Assembly: GCF_965249975.1 (NCBI RefSeq)
Contig: NZ_CBDFNE010000004.1
Coordinates: 653,559-717,558, forward strand
DNA from: Ancylobacter sp.
GTDB lineage: Bacteria; Pseudomonadota; Alphaproteobacteria; Rhizobiales; Xanthobacteraceae
Direction of reading: 5' to 3'
DNA length: 64,000 nucleotides
Positions 39,352 to 52,562 of the stretch are shown piece after piece. Positions within the stretch are counted from its first letter, which is position 1. Each line of letters begins with the position of its first letter. The position numbers and the translations under genes were made by a program. Under the pieces are notes generated by a model. It had not been told where the DNA came from. It did no database searches and saw only the letters and a program-made list of their open reading frames with translations.

Positions 39352-39378
39352 GCCCTTTTTTGTGGCGCTTCCACGCGA

Positions 39379-40226
39379 TCAAGCCTTTCGGGCGATCATC
39401 GCGCGGGCGATTCCGGCGAGATCGGCGCGTGCCGGGCCCTCGACGCTGAGGCCGGCGGCGGTCAGCAGCCCTGCCACCTGGCGCTCCTGCCCGATGCCCA
39501 GTTCCAGCACCGCGTAGCCGCCCGCCACGAGGAGGCCGGGCAGCGCCTCTGCGAGGGCGCGGTAGGCATCAAGCCCCTGCGGCCCGCCATCGAGCGCGAG
39601 AAGCGGGTCGTGCGCCCGAACCTCCCGCTGCAGCGCCGGAATATCGGTGCTGGGAATGTATGGCGGATTGGAGACCACGAGATCGAAGCCGCCGGTGAGC
39701 GCCTCCCCCCAGTGCCCCACCAGCACCGCCGCGCGCGTGGCAAATCCAAGCGTCGCAAGGTTTGCGCGCGTCTGCCGGGCGGCGCCCGGCGCGAGGTCGA
39801 CGCCCACGCCGAAAGCGGCGGGATACTCGCTCAGCAGTGCGGCGATCAGGGCGCCGGTGCCCGTGCCGAGATCGAGAAGGCGCAGCGGGGCGGAACGGTC
39901 TGGAAACAGCGACAGCGCCGCCTCCACCAGCGTTTCCGTCTCCGGGCGCGGTACCAGCGTTTCAGGGCTGAGGGCGAAGTCGAGGCTCCAGAACTCGCGC
40001 CGTCCGGTCAGCCGGGCCAGCGGTTCGCCCCGAGCGCGGCGTTCCGCGAGAGCGCGAAGACGGGTCGCATCCTCTTGCGCGACTTCCTGTTCCCCCCGTG
40101 TCACGAGGTCGAGATCGCTGAGGCCGAGGCCGCCACGCAGCAGGGCGCGGGCCTCGCGCTCGGGCGCCTCCATGCCGCATTCGGCGAAGGCTGCGGCAAA
40201 GGCGCGCAGAAGGGCCGTGCGCGTGG

Positions 40227-40230
<4 letters not shown>
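39379..40230 (-). CDS. prmC: Release factor glutamine methyltransferase
   Basis: [40 protein letters not shown]. Confidence 0.95.
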
Positions 40231-41324
<1,094 letters not shown>

Positions 41325-41334
41325 GCGGCGGCAC

Positions 41335-43602
41335 TCACAGCGGCAGGCCGGCCTTCTCGGCGAAGGCGGCGAGCTGCGGGCGCAGCGACGCTACCTCGCC
41401 GCGCGTGCCGAGCAGCGGTTCGACAAAGGCGGAGGCGGCGGGCAGGTCGAGTTCGAGCAGCATCGCCTTGACCGGGCCATAGGAGGCCGGGGAAACAGAC
41501 AGTTTGCGGTAGCCAATGGCGGCGAGCGCCAGCGCCTCCAGCGGGCGCGAGGCCAATTCGCCGCACAGCGTGACCGGCTTGCCGTATTCCGCCGCCTTGT
41601 CGATGATCAGCTTGAGCGCCCGCAATGCCGAGGGGGCGAGCGGGTCGAAGCGATCGGCGACGCGGGCATTGCCGCGATCGGCGGCATAGAGGAACTGCAC
41701 GAGGTCGTTGGAGCCCACCGAGGCGAAGTCCACCCGGCTGAACAGCTGGTCGAGCTGGAACAGCAGCGCCGGCACTTCCAGCATCACCCCCACCAGCACC
41801 CGCTCGGGCAGGCCGTGGCCGTGCCGGCGCAGATGGGTGAGTTCGCGCTCGACGATGTGGTGGGCGCGGTCATATTCCTCCACCGCCGACACCATGGGGA
41901 AGATGAGGCGCAGCTCGCGCCCCGTGGCGGCACGCAATAGCGCACGGATCTGGCTGCGGAGCAGGCCGGGCCGGTCGAGGCCGAGGCGGATCGCCCGCCA
42001 GCCCAGCGCCGGGTTCTCTTCCTCGATGGCCCGCATATAGGGCAGCACCTTGTCGCCGCCGATGTCGAGGGTGCGGAACACCACGGGCCGTTCTCCCGCC
42101 GCGTCCAGCACCGAGCGGTAGAGCTTCAGCTGCTCATTGGTGCGCGGAAAGGCCGAGGCGATCATGAACTGCAGTTCGGTGCGGAACAGGCCGATGCCGG
42201 TGGCGCCGGTCTCGGCGATGTGCGGCAGGTCGACCAGCAGGCCGGCATTGAGGTGCAGTTCGATCGGCGTGCCGTCCTTGGTGACGGTCGGCACGTCGCG
42301 CAGGGCGGCGTAGCGCTCCAGCCGCTTGGCCCGGAAGCGCACCTTGTCGACGTAGGCGTTCTCGACATCGGCAGGCGGACGGATATGTACCTCGCCCGAG
42401 ACGCCGTCGACGATCACCGCGTCGCCGGCATCGACCTGCCCGACGACGTTCTCCATATGGCCGACGGCGGCGATGCCGAGCGCCCGCGCCACGATGGTGA
42501 GGTGGCTGGTCGCCGCGCCTTCTTCCAGCACCAGGCCGCGAATGCGCGTGCGGTCATAGTCGAGCAGCGCCGCCGGGCTCATATTGCGGGCGACGATGAC
42601 GGCATTGTCCGGCAGCTTGGTGTGCTCGGAACCCGCCGCCCGGCCGGTGAGCTGGCGCAGCAGCCGATTGGCGAGATCGTCGAGATCGTGCATCCGCTCG
42701 CGCAGATAGGGGTCCGTCATGCGCAGCATGCGGGCGCGGGTGTCGGACTGCACGCGCTCCACCGCGCCCTCGGCGGTGAGGCCGGTCATGACCGCTTCAC
42801 GCATGCGGCCGATCCAGCCGCGGTCATGGGCGAACATGCGGTAGGCTTCGAGGATTTCACGGTGCTCGCCAACGCGGGCGACGCCCTCATCCTCCAGCAT
42901 GGTGTCGATGGAGGCGCGCAGTGTCTCGACCGCGCCGTCGAGCCGCTTCAATTCGCCGGGCAGGTCGTCGGCGATGACTTTGGTGACCTCGATGCGCGGC
43001 TCGTGCAGCACCACATGGCCGAGGCCGATGCCTTCCGACAGGGCGAGGCCTTTGAGGTGCAGCGGCCGGCGGGCCGCCGGTTCGGCGCCGGGCAGCGCCA
43101 TGGCGGTGAGCTCGCCCGAGGCGATGATCTCGGCCAGCACCATGGCCGTGGTCTGCAGCGCCTCGATCTCCTCCTCGGTGTAGGAGCGGTGGGCACGGTT
43201 CTGCACCACCAGCACGCCGAGCGTGTTGCCGGCGCGCAGGATCGGCACGCCAAGGAAGGAGTGGTAGATTTCTTCGCCCGTTTCCGGCCGGTAGGAGAAG
43301 GCCGGGTGGGCCTGGGCATTGGAAAGGCTGATCGGCTCGGCCTCGCGGGCCACCGTGCCGACGAGGCCCTCGTCGATCCGCATCACCGTGAGATGCACGG
43401 CGGTGCGGTTGAGGCCTTCGGTGGCGTAGAGTTCGAGCGTGCCGTCGACGCGCAGCACATAGACCGAGCACACCTCGGCCACCATGTTGGCCGCGATCAG
43501 TACCACGATCTTGTCGAGGCGGTCCTGCGCGCTCACCGGCTCCGCCATGACCTCGCGGAGACGCCTCAAAAGCACGCGCGGGCCGCCGAGCGCGCCACGC
43601 AT
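41335..43602 (-). CDS. ptsP: Phosphoenolpyruvate-protein phosphotransferase EI-Ntr
   Basis: N-terminal GAF (AEVCSVY), [31 protein letters not shown]. Confidence 0.95.
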   Translation of the reverse strand: MRGALGGPRVLLRRLREVMAEPVSAQDRLDKIVVLIAANMVAEVCSVYVLRVDGTLELYATEGLNRTAVHLTVMRIDEGLVGTVAREAEPISLSNAQAHPAFSYRPETGEEIYHSFLGVPILRAGNTLGVLVVQNRAHRSYTEEEIEALQTTAMVLAEIIASGELTAMALPGAEPAARRPLHLKGLALSEGIGLGHVVLHEPRIEVTKVIADDLPGELKRLDGAVETLRASIDTMLEDEGVARVGEHREILEAYRMFAHDRGWIGRMREAVMTGLTAEGAVERVQSDTRARMLRMTDPYLRERMHDLDDLANRLLRQLTGRAAGSEHTKLPDNAVIVARNMSPAALLDYDRTRIRGLVLEEGAATSHLTIVARALGIAAVGHMENVVGQVDAGDAVIVDGVSGEVHIRPPADVENAYVDKVRFRAKRLERYAALRDVPTVTKDGTPIELHLNAGLLVDLPHIAETGATGIGLFRTELQFMIASAFPRTNEQLKLYRSVLDAAGERPVVFRTLDIGGDKVLPYMRAIEEENPALGWRAIRLGLDRPGLLRSQIRALLRAATGRELRLIFPMVSAVEEYDRAHHIVERELTHLRRHGHGLPERVLVGVMLEVPALLFQLDQLFSRVDFASVGSNDLVQFLYAADRGNARVADRFDPLAPSALRALKLIIDKAAEYGKPVTLCGELASRPLEALALAAIGYRKLSVSPASYGPVKAMLLELDLPAASAFVEPLLGTRGEVASLRPQLAAFAEKAGLPL

Positions 43603-43683
43603 GGGCCGTCCTCGGTTTCCGGGAGCCGCTATCCCGGAGCGTCACTTAAGACGGCGCGACTCGCGCCGCGCCGTTGCCTGACT

Positions 43684-44934
43684 TCAGGCGTCTAGCCCGT
43701 ATACCGAATGCAGCGTTCGCACGGCAAGCTCGGTATAGGCGGCGTCGATCAGCACCGAGATCTTGATCTCGGAGGTGGAGATGGCGCGGATGTTGATTCC
43801 GCGCTCGGAAAGCGCCTTGAAGGCCCGTGCCGCGACGCCCGCATGGCTGCGCATGCCGATACCGATGATCGAGACCTTCACCACGTCGGTGGCGCCCTCG
43901 ATGCTCTGGAAGCCGATCTGGTCGCGCACCACGGCAAGGGCCGCCTTGGCGCGCTCAAAGTCGGTGCTCGGCACGGTGAAGGTGATGTCGGTGAAGCCCT
44001 CGGCCGAGATGTTCTGGACGATCATGTCGACATTGATGTTCGCGTCCGCGAGCGGCACGAACACATTGGCCGCGATGCCGGGCTGGTCCGGCACATGGCG
44101 AATGCTGACCTGGGCTTCGTCCCGGGCGAAGGCGATGCCGGTGACGACTTCACTCTCCACGATTTCCTCCTCGTCGCAAATCAGGGTGCCGGGCGGGTCG
44201 CCGGCGGTCTTGAGTTCCGGGGCGTCCGGATCGGTGAAGCTGGAGCGCACGAAGGTGCGCACCTTGTGTACCATGGCGAGCTCGACCGAGCGCACCTGAA
44301 GCACCTTGGCGCCGAGCGACGCCATTTCCAGCATTTCCTCGAAGGCCACCTTCTCCAGCCGCCGCGCCTTCGGCACGATGCGCGGATCGGTGGTGTAGAC
44401 GCCGTCGACGTCCGTGTAGATATCGCAGCGGTCGGCCTTGATGCCGGCGGCGACCGCCACGGCGCTGGTGTCCGAGCCGCCGCGCCCGAGCGTGGTGAGG
44501 CGACCGGTCGGCAGGTGGATGCCCTGGAAGCCGGCGATGACCGCGACCTCACCCTGCGCGAAGCGGTTGATGATCTCCTCGCCGTTCACGTCGAGGATGC
44601 GGGCGGCGCCATGGGCGTCGTCGGTCGAGATGGGCAGTTGCCAGCCGAGCCAGGAGCGGGCCGGAATGCCCATGTCCTGCAGCACGATGGCCAGCAGGCC
44701 GGAGGTCACCTGTTCGCCCGAGGCGACGATGGCGTCATATTCGCGCGCGTCGTGCAGCACGGCGGCCTCGCGGCACCAGGCGACCAGCTCATTGGTCTTG
44801 CCGGACATGGCCGAGACGACGACGGCAACCTGATGGCCGGCCTCCACTTCCCGTTTGACGTGCCGCGCAACGATGCGAATGCGCTCAATGTTGGCGACCG
44901 AGGTGCCGCCGAACTTCATCACCAGACGTGCCAT
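43684..44934 (-). CDS. lysC: Aspartate kinase
   Basis: [44 protein letters not shown] domains. Confidence 0.96.
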   Translation of the reverse strand: MARLVMKFGGTSVANIERIRIVARHVKREVEAGHQVAVVVSAMSGKTNELVAWCREAAVLHDAREYDAIVASGEQVTSGLLAIVLQDMGIPARSWLGWQLPISTDDAHGAARILDVNGEEIINRFAQGEVAVIAGFQGIHLPTGRLTTLGRGGSDTSAVAVAAGIKADRCDIYTDVDGVYTTDPRIVPKARRLEKVAFEEMLEMASLGAKVLQVRSVELAMVHKVRTFVRSSFTDPDAPELKTAGDPPGTLICDEEEIVESEVVTGIAFARDEAQVSIRHVPDQPGIAANVFVPLADANINVDMIVQNISAEGFTDITFTVPSTDFERAKAALAVVRDQIGFQSIEGATDVVKVSIIGIGMRSHAGVAARAFKALSERGINIRAISTSEIKISVLIDAAYTELAVRTLHSVYGLDA

Positions 44935-45093
44935 TGCGGGAAACCGTACCGTGTTCTTCTGTGGGGCCGGGCGGGAGGAGGTGGGCTCCCGGCCCAAAAG
45001 GCGCGTATACATATCCACCTCGCGCCGCGCCCGCAACGGCAGCGCGCGAGCTTGGAATCCCTCTCGGCACGGCCGGGCGAAGATGAGGCGCCG

Positions 45094-45843
45094 ATGACCG
45101 CAACCGCCACCACCGTCGATCCCCGTGAAGTCGAGCGCTTCGCCGCGCTGGCCGCCGAATGGTGGAATCCGCGCGGCAAGATGCGGGTGCTGCACAAGTT
45201 CAATCCCGTCCGGCTCGCCTATTTGCGCGAGACGATCACCGCGCATTTCGGCCGCGATCCGCGCGCCATCCGCCCGCTGGAAGGGCTGCGCCTGCTCGAT
45301 ATCGGCTGCGGTGGCGGGCTGCTGAGCGAGCCGCTGGCGCGCATGGGCGCCGATGTCACCGGCATCGATCCCGCTGAGCGCAATGTCCGCATCGCCGCGC
45401 TGCATGCGGAGGAAAGCGGCGTTCCCGTCGATTACCGCGCCACCACGGCCGAGGCGCTCGCCGATGCGGGCGAGCGATTCGACGTGGTGATGGCGATGGA
45501 GGTGGTGGAGCATGTCGCCGATGTCGACCTGTTCCTCGCCCGCGCAAGCGAGATGGTAAAGCCGGGCGGGCTCATGGTCGCGGCGACGCTGAACCGCACC
45601 AAGCGCGCCTTCGCCCTCGCCATTGTCGGCGCCGAATATGTGCTGGGCTGGCTTCCCAAGGGCACCCATGACTGGCAGCGCTTCGTCACGCCGGAGGAAT
45701 TGCAGGCGTCGCTAGAAGCGGGCGGCCTGCGGGTGCTCGAGCGCGAGGGCGTTGTGTTCAACCCCCTGGCGGATGAGTGGCGCCGGTCCGGCGATCTTTC
45801 CGTCAACTACATGATGCTGGCGGAGCGCCCCGCCGCGTCCTAG
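45094..45843 (+). CDS. ubiG: Ubiquinone biosynthesis O-methyltransferase
   Basis: [45 protein letters not shown]. Confidence 0.95.
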   Translation: MTATATTVDPREVERFAALAAEWWNPRGKMRVLHKFNPVRLAYLRETITAHFGRDPRAIRPLEGLRLLDIGCGGGLLSEPLARMGADVTGIDPAERNVRIAALHAEESGVPVDYRATTAEALADAGERFDVVMAMEVVEHVADVDLFLARASEMVKPGGLMVAATLNRTKRAFALAIVGAEYVLGWLPKGTHDWQRFVTPEELQASLEAGGLRVLEREGVVFNPLADEWRRSGDLSVNYMMLAERPAAS

Positions 45844-46609
45844 GTGACCGACTCATAACTTCGCAGCCATATGCGGATTGAAGCGAGTTGGACTGACGCG
45901 AGAAAGTTGTCATCTCGCTTGTCGTAGCGGGTGGCGACGGCCCTGAAATGTTTGAGTTTGTTGAAGAACCGCTCGACGGCGTTGCGTTGGCGGTAGACCC
46001 AGGCGCTGAAGGCGAAGGTTTTGACCCTGTTGGGCATGGCGCGGACATTGGCCCATGCTCCGCGCCGGTTCATCTCTTTGCGCAAGGCGTCGCTGTCGTA
46101 AGCCCTATCGGCGAGAAGGATGTTTCCCGGCTCGAGCGTGCCCAGCATGTCGGCGGCCGAGCGCCCGTCGTGAGCCTGGCCTTCGGTCAGCTTGAGGCGG
46201 ATCGGTCGGCCTTCAGCATCGACAAGGGCGTGGATCTTGGTGGTCAGGCCGCCACGCGAGCGACCCATGCAACGGGATCGCCCATCTTTTTTTGGCCGTT
46301 GGCGGCATGCTGGTGAACGCGGATCGACGAGGCGTCGATCATCTGGATATCGCCATCGTAAGCGGCTGAGACGGCTTGCAGAATGCGCGCCCAATGGCCC
46401 GCCTTGCGCCATCGGTTGAAGCGGTTGACGCACGTCGTATGCGGGCCATAGCGCGCCGGGATATCGGCCCAAGGCGCCCCAGTGCGCAGGCGCCAGAAAA
46501 TGCCATTCAGAACGCGCCGGTCATCTACCCGCGCGACCCCACGCACCTTCGTCGGCAGAAGCGGCTCGATCACCGACCACTCGAAATCCGTCAGATCAAA
46601 GCGGGCCAT
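45840..46609 (-). CDS. IS5 transposase, orfA/orfB joined by a probable -1 programmed frameshift
   Basis: orf[18 protein letters not shown]; orf[44 protein letters not shown]; slippery AAAAAAAG at 46293-46286. Confidence 0.88.
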
Positions 46610-46685
46610 CTCAACCTCCAAGGCTGAGATAAGTGAATCAGAACACCAGCCCGCAGGGAATCCCGTTTATGGGTATGTGACCTAG
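45840..46685 (-). mobile_element. IS5-family insertion sequence (IS427-like), ~840 bp; coordinates include the flanking CTAG repeats
   Basis: CTAG at 45840-45843 and 46682-46685; imperfect TIR GGTGACCGACTCATAA vs GGTCACATACCCATAA (12/16); two-ORF transposase. Confidence 0.9.
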
Positions 46686-46776
46686 ACCCGCTTACCGGCA
46701 AAGATCGTGTCGCGTCGTCGGAACCGTTCCGACGGCCGGTCGTTTCCGGTGCGATGCCACCGCCGGTAAAATCCCC

Positions 46777-48039
46777 ATGCGCACCTCCACCTCCGCCGTG
46801 CTGCTCTCCCCGCTCGCGGCGCTCGCCGCGCTGAACCTGTTCCTCGCCGATGTGCGCGACGGGCTTGGCCCGTTTCTTGGCGTGTTCCTGCAGGAAAAGG
46901 GCTGGGGACCGGCGGAGATCGGGCTGGTGATGACGCTGGGCGGCCTTGTCGGCATGGCTGCGACCATGCCGATGGGGGCCCTCGTTGATGCCAGCCGCGC
47001 CAAGCGGGCGATCATCGTCATCGGCTCGGCGGCCATCCTCGCGGCGTCGGTGACCATCCTCGCCATTCCCCAATTCGCGGCGGTGGCGGCGGCGCAGGCC
47101 GTGAACGGCGTCGCCGCCGCCGCGCTGCTTCCGGCCATTGCCGGCCTCACCCTCGGTCTCGTCGGCCCGGCGGGCTTCGACCGCCAGCTCGGCCGCAACG
47201 AGGCGTTCAACCATGCCGGCAACATCCTCGCCGCCGTGCTGGCGGGCGTGCTCGGCTGGTGGTTCGGCCTGCCGGCGGTGTTCGCGCTGCTGGGCGCGAT
47301 GGCGCTGCTTGGTGCGCTGTCGGCTCTGGCGATCCCGGCGGCCGCCATCGACCACGAGGCGGCGCGCGGCGGCAGCGGCGCGGCGGTGGGGGAGGGGCAT
47401 GAGAGTGTCGGCAAGCTGTTGCGAGAACCTGCGTTGGTGACGGCGGCCATCACCTTTGGCCTGTTCCATCTCGGCAATGCGGCGATGCTGCCGCTGTTCG
47501 GGCAGGCCATGGTGGCGACCGCAGGCGCCGACCCGAGCGGCCTCACGGCCGCGACCGTGGTGGTGGCGCAGGGCACGATGATCCCGATGGCGCTGGTCGC
47601 GGCGTGGCTAGGCCAGCGCAGTGGCTATCGGCTGGTGCTGCTGCTCGCCCTGGCGGCGCTGCCGATCCGTGGTGTCATCGCGGCGGCGGCGGTGCATTAC
47701 GGGGCTGCGTGGGCGTTGATCCCGGTGCAGATGCTGGACGGTGTCGGCGCCGGCCTGCTGGGCGTGGCGACGCCCGGCCTCGTCGCCCGCATCCTCGCGG
47801 GATCGGGGCGGTTCAATCTCGGCCTCGGCTTCGCGATGACGGCACAGGGCATCGGCGCCTCGCTCTCGACCCTGCTCGGCGGAGTGGTGGCGCAGCGGCT
47901 CGGCTACCCCGCCGCCTTCCTCGCCTTGGGCGGCGTGGCAGTGCTGGCGGCGGGTGCTTATCTGATCGGTGGCTGCCCCGGCGGCACCGCGCCCAGGCGT
48001 CCCGTCGCAGGGCCCGGCGCAGCGGCGGCGGCGGCCTGA
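46777..48039 (+). CDS. MFS transporter
   Basis: About 12 TM helices, DVRDGLGPFL, GRNEAFNHAGN, GRFNLGLG. Confidence 0.88.
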   Translation: MRTSTSAVLLSPLAALAALNLFLADVRDGLGPFLGVFLQEKGWGPAEIGLVMTLGGLVGMAATMPMGALVDASRAKRAIIVIGSAAILAASVTILAIPQFAAVAAAQAVNGVAAAALLPAIAGLTLGLVGPAGFDRQLGRNEAFNHAGNILAAVLAGVLGWWFGLPAVFALLGAMALLGALSALAIPAAAIDHEAARGGSGAAVGEGHESVGKLLREPALVTAAITFGLFHLGNAAMLPLFGQAMVATAGADPSGLTAATVVVAQGTMIPMALVAAWLGQRSGYRLVLLLALAALPIRGVIAAAAVHYGAAWALIPVQMLDGVGAGLLGVATPGLVARILAGSGRFNLGLGFAMTAQGIGASLSTLLGGVVAQRLGYPAAFLALGGVAVLAAGAYLIGGCPGGTAPRRPVAGPGAAAAAA

Positions 48040-48214
48040 GCAAAATCCGCGTTTGATCCGGCGCAACGCCCTTCCGTTGCCGTTTCGCCACACTACATGA
48101 GGACGGACGGATTGCCGCAACGGGGTCCGTTACGGCGGCCGGGATACGGGCGCCGTCGTCCCGAGTGACCGTTCGTGCCGTCAGGGCGAACGGGGGGCCA
48201 GGAGGCAACGCGAA

Positions 48215-50833
48215 ATGAATTTCGAAATTTACACCGAGCGCGCGCGCGGATTCGTCCAGTCCGCCCAGTCGCTTGCCCTGCGTGAGGGCAACCAGCAATT
48301 CACCCCCGAGCACCTGCTGAAGGTTCTGCTCGACGATCCGGAAGGTCTCTGCGCCGGGCTGATTACCCGCAGCGGCGGCGATCCGCGCATCGTGCTGGCC
48401 CACACCGAGGCGGCGCTGAAGAAGCTGCCCAAAGTGCAGGGCTCAGGCGCGGGCCAAGTCTATCTCGCGCCCGCCATGGCGCGAGTGTTCGAGGCAGCCG
48501 AGCAGGCGGCGAAGAAGGCCGGCGACGGCTATGTCACCGTCGAGCGCCTGCTCCTCGCGCTGGCACTGGAAAAGGACAGCGAGGCGGGCAAGATTCTCGC
48601 CAAGGCTGGCGCCACGCCGCAGAAGATCAACACTGCCATTGAGGCGCTGCGCAAGGGCCGCACCGCCGACAGCGCCACGGCGGAGAACGCCTATGACGCG
48701 CTGAAGAAGTATGCCCGCGACCTGACCGAGGCGGCGCGCGAGGGCAAGCTTGACCCGGTGATCGGCCGCGACGAGGAAATCCGCCGCACCATTCAGGTTC
48801 TCTCCCGCCGCACCAAGAACAACCCGGTGCTGATCGGCGAGCCCGGCGTCGGCAAGACCGCCATCGTCGAAGGCCTCGCCCTGCGCATCGTCGATGGCGA
48901 CGTGCCGGAGAGCCTGAAGGACAAGCAGCTGCTTGCGCTCGACATGGGCTCGCTCATCGCCGGCGCGAAGTATCGCGGCGAGTTCGAGGAGCGGCTGAAG
49001 AGTGTGCTCTCCGAGGTCGAGGCGGCCGAGGGCGGCATCATCCTGTTCATCGACGAGATGCACACGCTGGTCGGCGCCGGCAAGACCGACGGCGCCATGG
49101 ATGCGTCGAACCTGCTCAAGCCCGCGCTGGCGCGCGGCGAGCTGCACTGCGTTGGCGCCACCACGCTCGACGAGTACCGCAAGCATGTGGAGAAGGATGC
49201 GGCGCTGGCCCGTCGCTTCCAGCCCGTCTTCGTCTCCGAGCCGACGGTGGAGGACACGGTGTCCATCCTGCGCGGCATCAAGGAGAAGTACGAGCTGCAC
49301 CATGGCGTGCGCATTACCGATTCCGCGCTGGTGGCGGCGGCGACGCTGTCCAATCGCTACATCACCGACCGTTTCCTGCCCGACAAGGCGATCGATCTTG
49401 TCGACGAGGCGGCGTCGCGCCTGCGCATGCAGGTCGATTCCAAGCCCGAGGAACTCGACAATATCGACCGCGAAATCGTGCGCCTGCGCATCGAGCAGGA
49501 GGCGCTGAAGAAGGAGAGCGACGCCGCTTCCAAGGACCGGCTGAAGAAGCTGGAGAAGGAGCTCGCCAATCTGGAGGAGCAGTCGGCGTCCATCACCTCG
49601 CGCTGGAAGGCGGAGAAGGAGAAGCTCGGCGACGCGCAGAAGATCAAGAGCGAGCTGGAAAAGGCCCGCGCCGATCTCGCTATCGCCCAGCGCTCGGGCG
49701 AGTACCAGAAGGCGGGCGAGCTCGCCTATGGCACCATTCCGGCGCTGGAGAAGAAGCTCGCCGCCATTGAGGCGAAGGACGCGGCCGGCGAGGTGCAGGC
49801 CGGCACGATGATGGAAGAGGCGGTCACGCCCGATCACATCGCCGGCGTCGTCTCGCGCTGGACCGGCGTTCCCGTCGACAAGATGCTGGAAGGTGAGAAG
49901 GAGAAGCTGCTGCGCATGGAGGACATGCTCTCCAAGCGCGTGGTCGGCCAGAAGGAGGCGGTGGAAGCCGTCTCGACCGCGGTCCGTCGCGCGCGGGCGG
50001 GGCTTCAGGACCCGCACCGGCCGATCGGCTCCTTCATCTTCCTCGGCCCCACCGGCGTCGGCAAGACCGAGCTGACCAAGGCGCTGGCGTCGTTCCTGTT
50101 CGACGACGACACGGCGATGGTGCGCCTCGACATGTCGGAATACATGGAGAAGCACTCGGTTGCCCGCCTCATCGGCGCGCCTCCCGGCTATGTCGGCTAT
50201 GAGGAGGGCGGCGCGCTCACCGAGGCGGTGCGGCGCCGGCCCTATCAGGTTGTGCTGTTCGACGAGATCGAGAAGGCGCATCCGGACGTGTTCAACGTGC
50301 TCCTGCAGGTGCTCGATGACGGGCGGCTGACGGATGGGCAGGGCCGCACGGTCGACTTCCGCAACACGCTGATCATCATGACCTCGAATCTCGGGGCCGA
50401 ATATCTGGTGAACCAGCCTGACGGGCAGGACAGCGAGGCGGTGCGCGAGGAAGTGATGGCGGTGGTGCGTGCGCATTTCCGCCCGGAATTCCTCAACCGT
50501 GTCGACGAGATCGTCCTGTTCCACCGGCTCCGCCGCGAGCAGATGGGCGCCATCGTCGATATCCAGGCCAAGCGGCTGGAGAAGCTGCTGGAGGAGCGCA
50601 AGATCGCGCTGGAGATCACCCCCGAGGCGCGGGACTTCCTCGCCGATAAGGGCTACGACCCGGCCTATGGCGCGCGCCCGCTCAAGCGCGTCATGCAGAA
50701 GCTGCTGCAGGATCCGCTGGCCGGCCGCATCCTTGCCGGCACGGTGAAGGATGGCGATGTCGTCCGGGTCGAGCGCGGGGCGAACGAACTTCTGTTCGAC
50801 ACTCGCCCGCGCAATGTGGACGAAGCGGCCTGA
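48215..50833 (+). CDS. clpB: ATP-dependent disaggregase ClpB
   Basis: Two AAA+ modules ([16 protein letters not shown]), coiled-coil M domain, GAPPGYVGY. Confidence 0.98.
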   Translation: MNFEIYTERARGFVQSAQSLALREGNQQFTPEHLLKVLLDDPEGLCAGLITRSGGDPRIVLAHTEAALKKLPKVQGSGAGQVYLAPAMARVFEAAEQAAKKAGDGYVTVERLLLALALEKDSEAGKILAKAGATPQKINTAIEALRKGRTADSATAENAYDALKKYARDLTEAAREGKLDPVIGRDEEIRRTIQVLSRRTKNNPVLIGEPGVGKTAIVEGLALRIVDGDVPESLKDKQLLALDMGSLIAGAKYRGEFEERLKSVLSEVEAAEGGIILFIDEMHTLVGAGKTDGAMDASNLLKPALARGELHCVGATTLDEYRKHVEKDAALARRFQPVFVSEPTVEDTVSILRGIKEKYELHHGVRITDSALVAAATLSNRYITDRFLPDKAIDLVDEAASRLRMQVDSKPEELDNIDREIVRLRIEQEALKKESDAASKDRLKKLEKELANLEEQSASITSRWKAEKEKLGDAQKIKSELEKARADLAIAQRSGEYQKAGELAYGTIPALEKKLAAIEAKDAAGEVQAGTMMEEAVTPDHIAGVVSRWTGVPVDKMLEGEKEKLLRMEDMLSKRVVGQKEAVEAVSTAVRRARAGLQDPHRPIGSFIFLGPTGVGKTELTKALASFLFDDDTAMVRLDMSEYMEKHSVARLIGAPPGYVGYEEGGALTEAVRRRPYQVVLFDEIEKAHPDVFNVLLQVLDDGRLTDGQGRTVDFRNTLIIMTSNLGAEYLVNQPDGQDSEAVREEVMAVVRAHFRPEFLNRVDEIVLFHRLRREQMGAIVDIQAKRLEKLLEERKIALEITPEARDFLADKGYDPAYGARPLKRVMQKLLQDPLAGRILAGTVKDGDVVRVERGANELLFDTRPRNVDEAA

Positions 50834-50869
50834 CCAGGCCCGCAGCGTTTACCATAAGGTCGTGATATC

Positions 50870-50898
50870 GAAGGGCCCTCTCGCGGGGGCCCTTCTTT
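50870..50898 (+). terminator. Terminator after clpB
   Basis: GAAGGGCCCTC-TCGC-GGGGGCCCTTC followed by TTT. Confidence 0.65.
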
Positions 50899-50916
50899 CA
50901 TGCGCGGAGGTTCGCG

Positions 50917-51336
50917 ATGCCGATACCGATGGAACTGCAGCACGCATCCGACGATTTCGAGCGTTTCCTCGCCGATGCCCGCGATTTCTCGGGGCTTGCC
51001 ACCCGCAACCAGACCTACACCATGGTTGAAGGCGTGCTGCTGACCTTCCGCCGCCGGCTGGAGGTGCAGCAGGCGCTCGATTTCGCCGATGTCCTGCCGC
51101 CGCTCCTGCGCGCGATGTTCGTCTCGCGTTGGGATGTCGCGGAGCCGGTGCGGCCCTTCGCCGACCGGGCGACGCTCACACGCGAGGTGCAGGCTCTGCG
51201 GCAGCACCATAATTTCGCACCCGACAGCTGCCTGTCCGATGTCGCCCGGGCGCTGCGCCGTCATGTCGACAGAGAAGCGTTCGACCGGGTAGTGGCCACG
51301 TTGCCGGAGGGCGCGGCGGATTATTGGCAGGCGTAA
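50917..51336 (+). CDS. DUF2267 family protein
   Basis: TYTMVEGVLLTFRRRL, LPPLLRAMFV..W, VVATLPEGA..YW. Confidence 0.75.
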   Translation: MPIPMELQHASDDFERFLADARDFSGLATRNQTYTMVEGVLLTFRRRLEVQQALDFADVLPPLLRAMFVSRWDVAEPVRPFADRATLTREVQALRQHHNFAPDSCLSDVARALRRHVDREAFDRVVATLPEGAADYWQA

Positions 51337-51371
51337 GGCGAGGTGAGCCGGCCAAGCTAGGCCGGCCAAGC

Positions 51372-51399
51372 AAAAGGGCGCCGTCGGGCGCCCTTTTTT
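51372..51399. terminator. Bidirectional terminator between the DUF2267 gene and galU
   Basis: AAAAGGGCGCC-GTCG-GGCGCCCTTTTTT. Confidence 0.75.
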
Positions 51400-51426
51400 A
51401 TAAGATTGCAGCGGGAGGACGGGGGC

Positions 51427-52317
51427 TCACCCCCGTCCCAGCAGCGCGTCGAGCTCGGGGCGGAAAGCGCCGGAGATTTCCGGGTTGTCGAGCGCGTAGG
51501 CGACATTGGCCATGAGGAAGCCGAGCTTCGAGCCGCAATCATAGATCGCGCCGTCGAAGGTGACGCTGTAGAAATCCTGCGTCTGTGCCAGTTTCAGCAT
51601 GGAATCGGTGAGCTGGATCTCGTTGCCGGCGCCGCGCTCCTGGGTGGCGAGCAGGTCGAAGATTTCCGGCTGCAGGATGTAACGGCCGGAAATGGCGAGG
51701 TTGGAGGGAGCGACCTCCTTCTTCGGCTTCTCCACCATCCGGGCGATCTTGTGCACGCCGTCGGCCATCTCCTCGCCGAGGCCGACAATGCCGTATTGGT
51801 CCGTCTGCTCCGGCGGCACCTCATAGACCGCGATGTGGTTGCCGCCGCCGGTGCGCTTGTAGGCTTCGGCCATTTGGCCGAGGCAACCCTTGCCGTTGGA
51901 CGGTTTGTGCAGCATGTCCGGCAACAGCAGGGCGAATGGCTCGTTGCCGATGATGTCGCGGGCACACCACACCGCGTGACCGAGGCCGAGCGGGAGCTGC
52001 TGGCGGGTGAAGCTGGTGGCGCCGGGACCCATGGTCTCCTCGCGCAGCAATTCCAGCATCTTCAGCTTGCCGCGCTCCTGCAGCGTGTCTTCCAGCTCGT
52101 ACTGCCGGTCGAAATGGTCCTCGATCACGCCCTTGTTGCGGCCGGTGACGAAGACGATGTGCTCGATGCCGGCTGCGCGCGCCTCGTCCACCACATGCTG
52201 CACGACGGGCCGGTCCACCACCGTGAGCATTTCTTTCGGCACCGCCTTGGTGGCGGGCAGAAAGCGCGTGCCGAGGCCGGCGACGGGGAGGATCGCTTTG
52301 CGAATAGGTTTTACCAT
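51427..52317 (-). CDS. galU: UTP-glucose-1-phosphate uridylyltransferase
   Basis: [49 protein letters not shown]. Confidence 0.96.
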   Translation of the reverse strand: MVKPIRKAILPVAGLGTRFLPATKAVPKEMLTVVDRPVVQHVVDEARAAGIEHIVFVTGRNKGVIEDHFDRQYELEDTLQERGKLKMLELLREETMGPGATSFTRQQLPLGLGHAVWCARDIIGNEPFALLLPDMLHKPSNGKGCLGQMAEAYKRTGGGNHIAVYEVPPEQTDQYGIVGLGEEMADGVHKIARMVEKPKKEVAPSNLAISGRYILQPEIFDLLATQERGAGNEIQLTDSMLKLAQTQDFYSVTFDGAIYDCGSKLGFLMANVAYALDNPEISGAFRPELDALLGRG

Positions 52318-52562
52318 CGGGGGAATATGCCGCTCTTGATGACGCAGGTTCAGGCAGACGGGCGAACTCGTAGCGCAACGAACTTAACGCTTCGCTCCTG
52401 TCAATGCACCGGCGGGTTAACGCGGAGGTGGCGGAATAGGTTCCGCAGTGGTCACTTCCGCGAAAGAGCCGGGATGCCGCAACGGAAAGTGACGCGGCGT
52501 TAACATCACCGAAACCATGCGGCTGGCCTAATCATCGCCGGTTTCCGCGTTAGGGTAGCGTC

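Noticed and set aside
41335-44934. lysC-ptsP adjacency as a novel link
   Set aside because: A conserved Rhizobiales arrangement, already known.
48080-48110. RpoH promoter for clpB (CTTC-N17-ACTACAT)
   Set aside because: Several mismatches to the consensus; plausible from gene identity but not supported strongly enough by sequence.
52380-52510. CtrA sites upstream of the lytic transglycosylase
   Set aside because: Three TTAAC half-sites, but no full TTAA-N7-TTAA match.
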